A stretch of 64,000 nucleotides of DNA from Longimicrobiales bacterium (GCA_963664435.2 CAXXKM010000001.1:416001-480000), one strand, 5' to 3'; numbered from the stretch's first letter, positions 1-10,605 are shown. Notes: generated by a model from the sequence alone, not told the origin. A program made the numbers and translations.

Positions 1-254
1 GCGGACAGCGCCGTGGTCAGCGCCTGGAAGTGCGTTACGTCGCCCGGCTCGTCGGGGTCGTCGTACTTGCCGGACGTGACTGCGAATCCGTGACCCAGCC
101 TGCGCACCTGCACGAATCCGAGCCGCAGGGTGAGGAAAACGCCCGCGCCCAGAAGCAGGATCACCATGAAGGGGACCGTCTCGTCGCCGACCGAGATGCC
201 GAGCTCCACGATATAGCGGTTCCCCAGGTCGGACAGTGTCTGAAAGAGTTCCAC
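1..254 (-). CDS. Alanine/glycine:cation symporter (AGCS family), N-terminal part, runs off the window
   Basis: Manual translation from GTG at 254: MELFQTLSDLG...LLLGAGVFLTLRLGFVQVRRLGHGF...PGDVTHFQALTTALSA; matches the AGCS 'F.AL...L.A' motif. Not in the ORF track. Confidence 0.8.
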   Translation of the reverse strand, partial: MELFQTLSDLGNRYIVELGISVGDETVPFMVILLLGAGVFLTLRLGFVQVRRLGHGFAVTSGKYDDPDEPGDVTHFQALTTALS

Positions 255-430
255 GGAGGCTCCTCGGCTGCGGGACGGATCGGGTGTCGGAATCGGGAAG
301 GATGCCCCGCGAGCGGACCGTGGTCAACATTGGCCGGCGCGGCAGGGGCGGAGAGCGGGGCGTCGAATCCCGCGAGATCGGCGCGCAGACACTTGTGGCA
401 GCGGCTCGGCCGGTCCGGCAGGCGCTGCTT

Positions 431-1342
431 TCAGCGCGTCGGCCGCGCGAGCGCGTCCCCGAGGCGGATTTCCCTCCCCGCCGTCAGCCCGGGCACCCAT
501 TCGTGGCTTCCGCGCTCGAGGAGCACGACCACGCAAGAGCCCAGGTGGAAGGCCATGACCTCCTCCCCGCGAGAGACCGCGAGCGGGGGCTGGTAAACGC
601 GGCGGCGCTCGGACGGAGGACAGCGGTTGGTCACCCAGCCCCCCTCCCCCCCACCCCACTCCGGATCGAACGCGGTGGAGATGCGACCGACGTTGTACGC
701 CCCGACCGCCACCAGCGCGACCTGCCCGGCGGCGCCCGCGAACGAGCAGACGACGCGTTCGTTGGTGGCGAGCAGGTCCGGTATCTCGGCGACGGCGGCG
801 GCGTTCACCGGGAAGAGTCCCCCGGGGACATACGACGCCGAGCGGAGCCGACCCGCCACCGGGGCGTGAATGCGGTGGTAGTGTCTCGGCGCCAGGTAGA
901 TGGTCGCGTAGAGCCCGCCGTGGAAGCAGTTCGCGGCCGCCTCGCCGGCCAGCAGGGCGGCCGCGGTGTAGCGCCGTCCCTTCGCCTGCACCAGCCGACC
1001 GTCCTCCACCGTGCCGAACCGGGTGAGTACGCCGTCGACCGGCGAGGTCACCGCGCGAGCGTCCGACGGCCACTGCCGGGCGCCGGGCGCGAGCCGCCGC
1101 ACGAAGAAGGCGTTCAGGCTGGCGTACTCGGCGGGCGGCTGCCCGGCTTCGTCCATCCGCGCACCCACCATGCGCGCAAAGCCTCCGACAAGAGGTGCCC
1201 GCAGCAGGCGGGGAATCTCAGCGTCCGCGAGGCGCCCGAACGCGCGGCTGGCGACGGCGCGCGGGATCCGGGACAGAAGGGCGAGCAGGAGACGGCCGCC
1301 CAACGAGCCGCGCGATGGTCCTTCCTGTCTTGAGCTTTCCAC
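431..1342 (-). CDS. psd: Phosphatidylserine decarboxylase proenzyme
   Basis: FFVRRL, SPVDG, YLAPRHYHRIHAP, NERVV and the self-cleavage motif FHLGS. Confidence 0.9.
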   Translation of the reverse strand: MESSRQEGPSRGSLGGRLLLALLSRIPRAVASRAFGRLADAEIPRLLRAPLVGGFARMVGARMDEAGQPPAEYASLNAFFVRRLAPGARQWPSDARAVTSPVDGVLTRFGTVEDGRLVQAKGRRYTAAALLAGEAAANCFHGGLYATIYLAPRHYHRIHAPVAGRLRSASYVPGGLFPVNAAAVAEIPDLLATNERVVCSFAGAAGQVALVAVGAYNVGRISTAFDPEWGGGEGGWVTNRCPPSERRRVYQPPLAVSRGEEVMAFHLGSCVVVLLERGSHEWVPGLTAGREIRLGDALARPTR

Positions 1343-1351
1343 TCGCCCCCG

Positions 1352-2455
1352 TCACCGCACGACGTTGATCATGTCGAAGATCGGAAGGTACATCGAGACG
1401 ATCATTCCCCCCACCACGATGCCCAGAAGGGTAACCATCGCCGGCTCGAACGCCGCCAGCAGCGCCTCTGCCGCACGGCCGACCTCGTCGTCGTAGAAGT
1501 CGGCGATCTTCGCCAGCATCCGGTCCAGACCGCCGGTCTGCTCGCCGACGTGGATCATCTGCAGAACCATGGGCGGGAAGACCCCGGATGCCCGGAGGGG
1601 CTCGGCGATGGTGTTCCCCCCCGCGATCGATCTCCGGGCGTTCATGACGGCGTCGTGCACCACCCGGTTCCCCGAGCCTGCGGCGGTGATCTCCAGCGCC
1701 TCCAGAATCGCCACGCCGGAGGCCGCCAGAGTGCCCAGCGTCCGGGTGAAGCGGGCCATCTCCATCTTCAGACACAGCCGACCGACGACCGGAAAAGCCA
1801 GGAGCAGGCGGTCCAGCGCCAGGCGGCCGCGCGGGGTGGCGCGGACGCGCACCAGTCCGATCCACGCACCGCCGGCGAAGAGGGGTGGAAGCCACCAGTA
1901 TGCCCGCAGGCTCTCGGAGAGACCGATCACCAGCCGGGTGGGCAGCGGCAAGGGAAGCTCCGACGCGGCGAACATCTCCTGAAAGGTCGGGATCACGAAC
2001 TCGAGGAGGACCAGCAGGGAGCACGCGGCCACCGCCACAACCACCGCCGGGTAGATCAGGGCGCCGCGCATCTTGCGCGAGAGGCGGTCGGTCCTTTCGA
2101 GCGCGTCCGCGAGGCGCGCCAGCACCGTATCCAGCACGCCCCCCGCCTCCCCGGCGGCTACCATGCTGACGAACAGGTGATTGAACACTGCGGGATGCTC
2201 ACCCAGCGCGCCGGCCAGCGTTCGGCCTGCCTCCAGATCGCTGCGCACGTCACCCACCACTGCCGCCAGCCTCCGGTTGCCGGCCTGTTCCGCGAGCACG
2301 CCAAGACTCGGCGCCAGGGGCAGGCCGGACTGGATCATGGTGGCGAACTGGCGCGCGAACACCGCGATGTCCCGCAGGGGCACCCGCTCCCTGAGCCGTG
2401 ACGGGATCCGCCGCCACCCTGCCCGGGCGGCCGGGCGCCGGTGCGTTCGATACAC
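1352..2455 (-). CDS. pilC: Type IV pilus/T2SS inner-membrane platform protein (GspF/PilC family)
   Basis: FARQFATMIQSGLPL, AGEAGGVLD, ALIYP, GEQTGGLD, SMYLPIF. Start placed at GTG 2455, just after the pilT stop; start uncertain. Confidence 0.88.
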   Translation of the reverse strand: MYRTHRRPAARAGWRRIPSRLRERVPLRDIAVFARQFATMIQSGLPLAPSLGVLAEQAGNRRLAAVVGDVRSDLEAGRTLAGALGEHPAVFNHLFVSMVAAGEAGGVLDTVLARLADALERTDRLSRKMRGALIYPAVVVAVAACSLLVLLEFVIPTFQEMFAASELPLPLPTRLVIGLSESLRAYWWLPPLFAGGAWIGLVRVRATPRGRLALDRLLLAFPVVGRLCLKMEMARFTRTLGTLAASGVAILEALEITAAGSGNRVVHDAVMNARRSIAGGNTIAEPLRASGVFPPMVLQMIHVGEQTGGLDRMLAKIADFYDDEVGRAAEALLAAFEPAMVTLLGIVVGGMIVSMYLPIFDMINVVR

Positions 2456-2463
2456 CCGGCGAC

Positions 2464-3615
2464 CTAGGGCTGCCAGGGGGACCGCGAGTCGCCGAGCGAC
2501 TGCAGCAGCTCCGCCGGGTCGGGGGAGCACCTGATCGCGGCATCCGTGGAGACCTCGCCGCGCATGCGCAACCGCCGCAGAGCGTCGTTCATGGTCTGCA
2601 TTCCATGCTTTCTTCCCGCCTGCATCATCGAGGGAATCTGGTGGACCTTGCAGTCGCGGATGGCGGCGCGCACCGCCGGCGTGCAGATCAGGACCTCGCA
2701 CGCCGCAACCCTCCCCCGCCCGCGCTCACGCGGCAGCAGGCTCTGGGTCATCACGCCTTCCAGCACCAGGGCCAGCTGGGCGCGAACCTGCGCCTGCCGG
2801 CCGGACGCGAAGACGTCGATGATGCGGTGGACGGAGGCCGCAGCTGAATTGGTGTGGAGGGTGGCCAGCACCAGATGCCCGGTCTCCGCAATCGTCAGCG
2901 CCGCCGAGATGGTCTCGGGATCCCGCATCTCGCCGATGAGGATGACATCCGGGTCCTGCCGGGTCGCCGACCTGAGGGCGGCTGCGAAGCTCATCGTGTC
3001 CGAGCCCACCTCGCGCTGACTTACGACGCAGCCTCGGGACCGGTGAACGAACTCCACCGGGTCTTCGATGGTGATGATGTGGCCCTTTCGGGTCTCGTTG
3101 ATCCGGTTGAGCATGGCGGCCAGCGTCGTCGATTTCCCGGAACCTGTGGGCCCGGTAACCAGCACCAGGCCATGGGGCCGCTCCACCAGGCGCCTCACCA
3201 CGCCCGGCAGGCGCAGGTCCTCGAGCCGGGGGATCTCGTGGGGAATTCTGCGCAGCGCCATGGCGGGCTGCCCGCGCCGTCGATAGCAGCTGCAGCGAAA
3301 GCGCGCGAGGTCTCCCAGATCGAATGCAAAATCTACCTCGCGCCCCGACGCTAGCCGCTCCCTGCGGGCCTGCGTAAGCATCGAGTCAACCAGTTCCGCC
3401 GCCTCGCGCGGAGCAAGCGCACTGCCGTGGCGTGCGTCGGCGAGCGCGCCGTCGATGCGAAGCCTGGGGGGCATCCCGGCCGCGACGTGCAGGTCGGACG
3501 CGTCCCTCTCCACCATCTCCTCCAGCAGCGCGCGCAGCGTTGATGGAGGGAATCCGGGCCCGCCGGCAACCGGATCCGATGCGCGTTCCGGAAACGCCGC
3601 AGCCGTGTCGGTCAC
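2464..3615 (-). CDS. pilT: Type IV pilus retraction ATPase
   Basis: ASDLH, Walker A GPTGSGKST, TIEDPVE, DPDVILIGEMRD, AETGHLVLATLHT, GMQTM. Confidence 0.92.
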   Translation of the reverse strand: MTDTAAAFPERASDPVAGGPGFPPSTLRALLEEMVERDASDLHVAAGMPPRLRIDGALADARHGSALAPREAAELVDSMLTQARRERLASGREVDFAFDLGDLARFRCSCYRRRGQPAMALRRIPHEIPRLEDLRLPGVVRRLVERPHGLVLVTGPTGSGKSTTLAAMLNRINETRKGHIITIEDPVEFVHRSRGCVVSQREVGSDTMSFAAALRSATRQDPDVILIGEMRDPETISAALTIAETGHLVLATLHTNSAAASVHRIIDVFASGRQAQVRAQLALVLEGVMTQSLLPRERGRGRVAACEVLICTPAVRAAIRDCKVHQIPSMMQAGRKHGMQTMNDALRRLRMRGEVSTDAAIRCSPDPAELLQSLGDSRSPWQP

Positions 3616-4289
3616 TGTCGCACGAAGAAGCGGCCGCGCATGGACTCGAGCGTGGCCGGCCCGATACCGCGCACCTCGATCAGGTCTTCGACCCGCGCAA
3701 AGCCACCCACTTCGTCACGGCGCGCGATGATCCGGGCCGCGAGCGCAGGACCGATGCCACGTACCTGCTCGAGCTCGCCGGCGGTGGCTCCGTTGAGGTC
3801 GATGGGACCCGCCGCCCGCTGGTTCGCGGATGAAGCGGCGCCGGCCGTCCGAGGTGTCGTGGCGCCTGCGCGCCGGGCCCGGCTTCCTCCGCCACCCCGC
3901 TCGAGCGTCAGAAGCGGCGCGAGCCTCTCCACCGTCGCCGGCCCGATCCCGCGCACCCGAGTGAGCGCCCCGACATCCGCGAAAGGACCGTCCGCGCTCC
4001 GTGATTCGACGATCGCCCGGGCCGCCGCCGGCCCGATGCCCGGCAGGCGGTCGAGCTCCTCCTCGCTCGCAATGTTCGGGTCCAGGCGCTCACCCGGGGC
4101 CAGCGGGGCCGACCGCCGCTCCTCCTCTTCGACCATCTCCTGCGAATCGGCCGCCAGTTCCTCCGCCGAGACGGTGTCGGCCTCGAGGGCGAGCGGAGGC
4201 CGGGCGGCTTCCAGCCCCGCCCGCGCGGCCCCCGCCAGAAAGAGGACAGCGGCCGTGATCGCCAGGGTGCGTGACTCGTCGCGTGTCAT
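3612..4289 (-). CDS. comEA: ComEA-family DNA-binding protein with two helix-hairpin-helix domains and an N-terminal membrane anchor
   Basis: Two copies of (D/N).N.A...EL..LPGIGP...I...R...G.F....L..VRGIGPAT; start at ATG 4289 (MTRDESRTLAITAAVL); stop overlaps the pilT start. Confidence 0.85.
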   Translation of the reverse strand: MTRDESRTLAITAAVLFLAGAARAGLEAARPPLALEADTVSAEELAADSQEMVEEEERRSAPLAPGERLDPNIASEEELDRLPGIGPAAARAIVESRSADGPFADVGALTRVRGIGPATVERLAPLLTLERGGGGSRARRAGATTPRTAGAASSANQRAAGPIDLNGATAGELEQVRGIGPALAARIIARRDEVGGFARVEDLIEVRGIGPATLESMRGRFFVRQ

Positions 4290-4419
4290 GCATGGACGAT
4301 CATCCGAGAGCCGGGGCGAAGGAATGGCAGTTCGGGACGTCCTGCCGTGGACCCCGCGCGTCACGCGTTGCCGGGTTCGAGCCATGGAGTCGCCCCGGCC
4401 CGCGCCGGTCCGGCCATCC

Positions 4420-7400
4420 TCAGGGAAGCCCGGCAAAGCCTCCCGCGTTGTACACGAACTGGCCCCAGAAGCCGATCTGAAACTGGGTCGAGCCCAGCCG
4501 CTGGCCGATGTTCGACTGACGATTGGTGTAGCTGGCCTGAAAGCCGATCTGAAGCTCGGAGACGACGGTGTCCAGCGTGAGGTTGAAGGTTGCGTTGCTC
4601 TGGTCCACGAAGGGCACGCAGTCGTCGTTGCCGGAGGTGATGCGACAGTCGCTCTGCCCCGCCTGATTGTACCGCAGCGACGCCTGGATCGGGCGTTCCA
4701 GGCGTGCCCCCAACTCGCCCGGAGGCGTGAAGCTGCCGCTCATGGTGAAGACGTGGGTGTTGCGGCGTCGGCGCGTGTCGCCGGTGGGATCGGTGCCCTC
4801 GCCCCGGGTCATGGTGGTGCGGTAGCTGGACGAAAAGCCGCCTCCCCAGCGAACCGACACGTCGAGCGGGATGGTCGCGTCCTCCTGCAGCCGCTGCTGC
4901 TGAGCACCGGTTCCGAACGAGAGCCGGCGGGTGTCGACGCGGTATCCCGAGTTCACGGTGAGGCGCTCGACCACCGGTTGCACGAAGGGCGGCAAGGGAA
5001 TCGACGACGCCCTCAGGACCAGGTTGGGCCAACTGCGGGTATTCGACGCGCGATCGCTGCGCGTGTCGAACGTTGCGATGTCGGTAACCGAGTAGTCCAC
5101 GTTCGCGGTGATCCCGGGAAGGAGCGTGAGCCCCGAACCCATGGCCCAGCCGTTCCGGTCGACGAGGGTGGCCGCGGTGGTCCCGTCGACCACCCGGAAC
5201 CCCTCCAGGTCGTTCAGCCCGAACTGATAGCGGACGTCCGGGTCCAGCACCTCGCGGTTGAAGCGCGAGGTGATGCCGTCCTGCCAGTTGACCGTAAAGG
5301 GCGAGAACGCACCGGCGATCCGGCGCATCGTCCCCTGGGGGGGAGCGTCGGTCGCGACCGGTCTCGGGGGCCCGCCCCGGGCGAGCGTCCCCGGGTCGAA
5401 GATGACGGAAGCGCTCGCGCTCCGCTGGCCGCCCACGTTGCGCTGCAGGTCCCGCAGGGTGTCGGCCTCCACTACCTGGCGCCGCACCAGGGTGGCGTTG
5501 CGGTCGGAGTTGTAGGTGGTCGTCCAGGTGAGCGTCCACTGCAGCCAGTCGGCGGGCCGGGGGCCCCAGCGCATGTTGGTGCGCAGCCGCCGATTCGTCT
5601 CCCAGCCCAGATCGACGCCTCCCGGTGACCACCGCTCCCGCGCCAGCAGCGGCCGCACCGCCGGATCCCTGACCGCGAGGTCCGGAGCCAGCAAGTCGCG
5701 GGTGGAAGTGAAATCGGTGGTGGCGGTCACGGACTCGAAGGGACGGAAGATGACGCGCGCATCGGTGTCCAGGCCTCGCCGGGGAGAGCGCGTGCGGGTC
5801 GCGCTCGAATCGGCGGGCAGGCGCAGAATCTGCTCGTAGCGCAGGGTCTGGTTGCGCTGGTTGGCGTAGGAGGCCCCGAACCCGATGCGCTCCGGGCTCC
5901 AGCGCAGCCGGCTCGCCAGCACCCGCTCCTCCAGCGATTCCGGAAGCAGAGCGCGCACCACATCCCCGAGGAAACCCGGAACGACCGGCAGCGTGCGCGG
6001 CTCCAGCGCCCGGTCGTAGCCTACCCGCGCATCCACCACGCGCGAGTCCGACTCCGAGGTCGCCGTCGCCGACTGCGACGACGAGTACCCGGCGCGCGCG
6101 CTCAGGCCGTCCAGGAAGATCGCCGCCCACGGGTTGGCGGAGGGGGTCCGCTTGCGGAACGACACGCCCACGCGGGTCCGGTCGAAGGCGACCTTGCGGA
6201 GCCCTTCGAGCCGGTCCGCGCGGATATCGCTCCTCAGCAGGAAGGTGGGATCCTGCCCGGAACTGGTATGCGACACGTTCAGCGGCAGCTCGATTCCCCA
6301 GGAGGCGGGGGTGAAGCGGCTCAGCTGCAGCGTCGAGTTCGCCGTCCACTGCTGGTCGCGCTGGTAGCTGGGATCGCCCTCGAGCTGGCGGAAGAGGGCG
6401 CCCCGGTCGGAGACCGAAACGCGCGTGGTCATGAAGTCGGACGCGTTCAGGTCCAGGTTCAGGTGGCTGGCGAGTCCGCGGTCGGTCACGGCGTTGGAAA
6501 GACGGAAATCGTTGACCCACACCTCACCGTCGTCGGGGAAATGGCCCTCGTTCCATACCCCCAGCGAGAGCTCGCGGACCTGCGACAGGTTGGGGGCGCG
6601 CGCCCGGTCCTGAAGCACCACCGCATAGGTCGAGTCGGCGCTCCATACCACCAGCGCCGGCGCGCCCGCGGGCGGGGGGTCCTCGATCAGCCGCTGCTCG
6701 GCCTCGCTGCGCAGTTCAAGCCAGCGGTTGAAGTCCACCAGAATCTCCGGAAGCCAGTCCTCACCCCGAATGCCGTCGGGATCCACCGCCGGCTCCAGCC
6801 GCGTGCGGTACAGATAGAAGTTGTCCTCGTCGCTCCCCACCTTCAGGAAGAAAAACGTGGGACGGTCCATCCCCCAGTCGCCTCTGCGCGCCAGCGCCCA
6901 GATGCGCGCCTGCCGATAGGTGAGGAAGTTCCTGGGGCGCTGCGGAAAGCGGTGATACACCTCCGTCCTCTCCCCGGGGGGAAGCCCCCTGTAGGTGAGG
7001 CCAAGCGCCTTCTCGCTGAACTCCACGCCCTGTGCACCCAGAGCGATCGTGGGATCGTCGAGCTGTTCCACCACGCCGGGAGGCGGGTGGTAGGCGGCGC
7101 CCACCTCGACCGCGCCCACCGGGCTCACCTCGATGGTGCCGCCGGTCCCCGGATCGTCTCCCGCCATGCCCGTGAGCACCCCCTCGCCCGCACGCTTCAC
7201 CCAGCGCGAGCCCACCAGGCGCATGCGCGCCAGCACCGCCGCGCCTTCGGCGTTCCCGGTGACCGTGAGGCGCAGGTGCTTGACGGCGCGGAAATCCCCG
7301 TCGTTGAACATCCCTCCCGGATTGATCGCCCGTGGCCCGCGCAGGGGAATCCGGTAGAGACGGAAGAGGGTTCCGGTGCCGGTGGTGTCGCGCACCAGGT

Positions 7401-10400
7401 AGGGGGAGGATCCGTCGAGTTCCACCAGGTAGCGCATGTAGCGCTCGTCGATGTCCAGATTGCCGTCCCCGTCCAGGTCTTCCGAGTCCGGACGTCCGTT
7501 GCCGCGGGTGCAGTTTACCCGGGGGTCGCCGATGCGGTAGACCACCGCCCGGGTCGCCAGGCACGCCTCGTCCCACAGCCCGCGCTGGTCGAGCTCGTCG
7601 CTCCAGATCTCGCCTCTGCGGGGGTCGGCTTCCTGGTCCAGGGCGCCCAGCCCCCACGCGTCCCCGCCCTCGCGGGTGCCGCCGGTAAGCCCGTTCCCGT
7701 CCACGAACAGCGCGTCCTCGCTCACCGTCCCCAGATCGAAGACGAGGGTGAGCGCCTCGCCCCCCGCGATGTAGAGGTCGAGAAACTCGGTGCGCGTCAG
7801 GTCGAGGCCGGTGCTCGCGAGATTGGCGGTGATCGAGCGCCAGCGCCTGCGGTCGAAGTTGCCCCCGGCGGCGCCGTCGCCGACCCCGAACGTGAGCAGC
7901 AGCCCCGGCTCGCGGAACTCGTTGCCGGCGACGTTGATCTGCCGGTCGATGTCGTTGCGGGGGAGAAAGCCTTCGAAGACGCCCGTGCTGTCCCCGCTCT
8001 CCCCCTCCGTGATCCAGGTGTGCTGCCACTGAAGGGAGGCGATGTCGCCCGGCCCGAGCTCCGGCGGAAGCGCCTCGAGCGCCCCGTCGCGGAACAGCGG
8101 AGCGCTACCCAGGCGCCAGCCCGTGCTCAGGTTGGAGAGCGGCAGGTCGCTCGTGGAATCGAAGTCGTGCAGGTAGACGTCTCCTTCGATGTTCGGGCTG
8201 GGGAGGGAGAGCGCCATCTCGCCGTTCAGGCGCAGCCGCGATATGCCCGAGTGCGTCAGCCCCGGGATCCGGTCCAGCGCCCGGTCCAGCGCCGGCAGTT
8301 CCATGTCCATGCGCCCGTTCAGGCCGCCAAGGAGGATCGAAGCCGGCTCGACGCCGAGCTGAGGCCGCCGCAGGAGCCCCTTCTCGCGCTGGTACAGCCC
8401 CAGGAAGTTGAGTTCACCGACTTCCCCGAGCGCGTAGCCGGCGTTCATTCCGAAGACCGAGGTCGGGGCGATCTGAAAAAGCGCCTGCTGCTCCCAGGTG
8501 GCCCGCAGGTCTCCCTGCGGGTCGGTGGCGAAGAGGGTCTCCGCGTCGAGCAGCTGCACCTGTCCCATGTCGTAGTCGATGACGTAGTCGGTGCGCGCTT
8601 CGAGCGCGCGATCGCCGAAGAAGAGGCGCTCGCTGCCGTCACGGATGCCGAGCGCGCCCAGCGAGAAGGAGGAGATGAGCCCTTCGCTGCGCACGCGAAA
8701 GGGAATGGTGAGCCAGTAGAGCCCGGCATTCTCACGCTCGTAGGGATCGACCGCGTCGTAGATCTCGGGGTTGGCGTCCCCCGCCAGGATCTCGGAGGTC
8801 TCTTCGGCGGAAAGCCCCAGGGAATACACCGGGGGAGGCTCGGCGAAGGGCCGGAGGGTCGGGAAGACGATGAAGGTGCCCGAGACCGCGGGCTGCTCCT
8901 CGAAGTCGTCGGCGGCGGGCTTGTAGACGTACGCGCGGTCGACGACGTCCACGGGGGACTCCTCGTCCAGCCCCAGGAGCTTCAGATAGGTGATGTCCTC
9001 CCCGCCGAGGCCCCGGGTGAAGGTCCTTCCCGCGCTCAGCTCGCCGACGGAGATGTCGAGGGAGACCGACGGGATCTCGACGTCGTTGGAGCCCGACACC
9101 CGGTAGACCTGGTGCATCTCCAGGTCCCAGGTGGGCCGGCCCGGCTGGTGGTTGGGTTCAGAGGCGCGCAGCAGCGAAAGGCGGGGACGCCCTCCCTCGT
9201 TGTGAATGCGCTCCGGGTTGTAGTCGCCGATGGTGTCGCCGGCCGCGGTGACGTAGGTCACCGCCAGCATCTCGTCGCGGCGCAGCGGGCTCCGCAGTGC
9301 GATCCACAGGCCGCTCGGGTGGACGAAGTAGTCGACGCCCGCCTGCAGGTAACGGAACCAACCGGACTCCGTCACCGTGTCCTCTCCGAGCGTGGCCGAG
9401 GCATCGGCCTGGATGTAGCCCTCCACCTGCTGGCGGGTGACGGGGTCGTTCTCGAAGCGGTAGAGCTGGATCGGTTCCGCCCCGGGGATCGCGGAGGAGG
9501 GCACCGTGCCGGGGTCCGCCCCCAGGACGTCGATGTGCGGGTAGTCGAAGAGGTTGCGCGGGTCGGCGAGGAAGAAGAACTGGCCACGCACGTAGTCGGC
9601 GTTGTCGACCACGATGGTGTCCTCCTGGACGAAGGCGCGGTCGGTGCCCGCGCCCGCCAGGCGGAATTCCCGCGAGGACAGGTCGCCCCGCTGTTGCGCG
9701 AACACGGTCTCGAAGTCCAGCGGGCCCAGCTGGCCGGTGGCCCGCAGCCCGAAGTTGCCGGCCGGAATGCCCTCCGTCAGGAAGCGCGACTCCGGCAGCC
9801 CGAAGGTCACGTCCCCGACCTCGACGCCCTGGAGAATCTCGTCCTCCACTCCCTGATAGAAGACGTTGATGTTGTTGGTGGCGGAGAACTCGCGGGTCTG
9901 GTCGTAGTCGACGTTCACCACGATCCGTTCCGAGATCGTGCCGCCCATCTGGACGCCGAACTGGAGTTCGGGCACGAGGCGGGGCAGGAGCCCCGGCTGG
10001 CACCCCAGCTGGATGCCGGCGTCACAGGGACGAAAGCGGGTCCAGTCGCCCCCGAACTCACCCCTGCCCCGGATGCGCACGTCCAGGTCCTGGAGCTCGA
10101 TCGGCCCGGCCCCGGGGATGACGGCCGCCTCCGGCTCGGGAGGAAGTTCGGGGAGGAAGCCCACCGGCCCGGCGTCCGGCTCGTCCTCTTCCCGGGAAGG
10201 ACGCGTGATTCTTCCCGCCAGGGACGCGCCCGGCCGAAGGAGCGATGCCGCGCCGGGGCCCGGCGGCCCGAGCACTGCGGGCCGCAACCACGGCGAGTCG
10301 GCGCCCGGCACGGGCTCGAACGCGACCGGGAAGAGGAGGGAGACGCGCGCCAGCCCGAGGGGGACCAGCACGGGCGGGGGGAGGGGCGCGGAAGCCAGCG

Positions 10401-10581
10401 GGCGCGGAGGCGGGAAGAGCCCCCGCCATTCCACCGCGTCCGGCCCGGCAGCCTGGGCGGCGGCCGCCGCCGGCGTGAGCAGCCCGCACGCCAGCAGCGC
10501 CGCGGCAGCCCGCCGCGTCGCCCGGCCGGGACCACGGGCCCGCGGCCGGTGTACGGTGCGAGTTGAGGGAGGCTCGCTCAA
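4420..10581 (-). CDS. sprA: SprA/Sov-like giant outer-membrane beta-barrel protein (T9SS translocon family)
   Basis: 2053 aa with signal peptide; YQGVEDEILQGVEVGDVTF...GNFG, YVIDYDMGQV, SEDLDGDGNLD and GEVWVNDFRL resemble SprA motifs; beta-strand-rich C-terminus. Confidence 0.75.
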   Translation of the reverse strand: MSEPPSTRTVHRPRARGPGRATRRAAAALLACGLLTPAAAAAQAAGPDAVEWRGLFPPPRPLASAPLPPPVLVPLGLARVSLLFPVAFEPVPGADSPWLRPAVLGPPGPGAASLLRPGASLAGRITRPSREEDEPDAGPVGFLPELPPEPEAAVIPGAGPIELQDLDVRIRGRGEFGGDWTRFRPCDAGIQLGCQPGLLPRLVPELQFGVQMGGTISERIVVNVDYDQTREFSATNNINVFYQGVEDEILQGVEVGDVTFGLPESRFLTEGIPAGNFGLRATGQLGPLDFETVFAQQRGDLSSREFRLAGAGTDRAFVQEDTIVVDNADYVRGQFFFLADPRNLFDYPHIDVLGADPGTVPSSAIPGAEPIQLYRFENDPVTRQQVEGYIQADASATLGEDTVTESGWFRYLQAGVDYFVHPSGLWIALRSPLRRDEMLAVTYVTAAGDTIGDYNPERIHNEGGRPRLSLLRASEPNHQPGRPTWDLEMHQVYRVSGSNDVEIPSVSLDISVGELSAGRTFTRGLGGEDITYLKLLGLDEESPVDVVDRAYVYKPAADDFEEQPAVSGTFIVFPTLRPFAEPPPVYSLGLSAEETSEILAGDANPEIYDAVDPYERENAGLYWLTIPFRVRSEGLISSFSLGALGIRDGSERLFFGDRALEARTDYVIDYDMGQVQLLDAETLFATDPQGDLRATWEQQALFQIAPTSVFGMNAGYALGEVGELNFLGLYQREKGLLRRPQLGVEPASILLGGLNGRMDMELPALDRALDRIPGLTHSGISRLRLNGEMALSLPSPNIEGDVYLHDFDSTSDLPLSNLSTGWRLGSAPLFRDGALEALPPELGPGDIASLQWQHTWITEGESGDSTGVFEGFLPRNDIDRQINVAGNEFREPGLLLTFGVGDGAAGGNFDRRRWRSITANLASTGLDLTRTEFLDLYIAGGEALTLVFDLGTVSEDALFVDGNGLTGGTREGGDAWGLGALDQEADPRRGEIWSDELDQRGLWDEACLATRAVVYRIGDPRVNCTRGNGRPDSEDLDGDGNLDIDERYMRYLVELDGSSPYLVRDTTGTGTLFRLYRIPLRGPRAINPGGMFNDGDFRAVKHLRLTVTGNAEGAAVLARMRLVGSRWVKRAGEGVLTGMAGDDPGTGGTIEVSPVGAVEVGAAYHPPPGVVEQLDDPTIALGAQGVEFSEKALGLTYRGLPPGERTEVYHRFPQRPRNFLTYRQARIWALARRGDWGMDRPTFFFLKVGSDEDNFYLYRTRLEPAVDPDGIRGEDWLPEILVDFNRWLELRSEAEQRLIEDPPPAGAPALVVWSADSTYAVVLQDRARAPNLSQVRELSLGVWNEGHFPDDGEVWVNDFRLSNAVTDRGLASHLNLDLNASDFMTTRVSVSDRGALFRQLEGDPSYQRDQQWTANSTLQLSRFTPASWGIELPLNVSHTSSGQDPTFLLRSDIRADRLEGLRKVAFDRTRVGVSFRKRTPSANPWAAIFLDGLSARAGYSSSQSATATSESDSRVVDARVGYDRALEPRTLPVVPGFLGDVVRALLPESLEERVLASRLRWSPERIGFGASYANQRNQTLRYEQILRLPADSSATRTRSPRRGLDTDARVIFRPFESVTATTDFTSTRDLLAPDLAVRDPAVRPLLARERWSPGGVDLGWETNRRLRTNMRWGPRPADWLQWTLTWTTTYNSDRNATLVRRQVVEADTLRDLQRNVGGQRSASASVIFDPGTLARGGPPRPVATDAPPQGTMRRIAGAFSPFTVNWQDGITSRFNREVLDPDVRYQFGLNDLEGFRVVDGTTAATLVDRNGWAMGSGLTLLPGITANVDYSVTDIATFDTRSDRASNTRSWPNLVLRASSIPLPPFVQPVVERLTVNSGYRVDTRRLSFGTGAQQQRLQEDATIPLDVSVRWGGGFSSSYRTTMTRGEGTDPTGDTRRRRNTHVFTMSGSFTPPGELGARLERPIQASLRYNQAGQSDCRITSGNDDCVPFVDQSNATFNLTLDTVVSELQIGFQASYTNRQSNIGQRLGSTQFQIGFWGQFVYNAGGFAGLP

Positions 10582-10605
10582 CGCCCAACCCGCAACCGGC
10601 TACGG

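Noticed and set aside
2456..2701. Long N-terminal extensions in the ORF track (pilC; also 11700, 15792, 23325, 53122)
   Set aside because: They overlap neighbouring genes and lack family similarity; later starts were used
6268..10566. 1432-aa plus-strand ORF
   Set aside because: Antisense shadow of sprA caused by high-GC codon bias; no motifs
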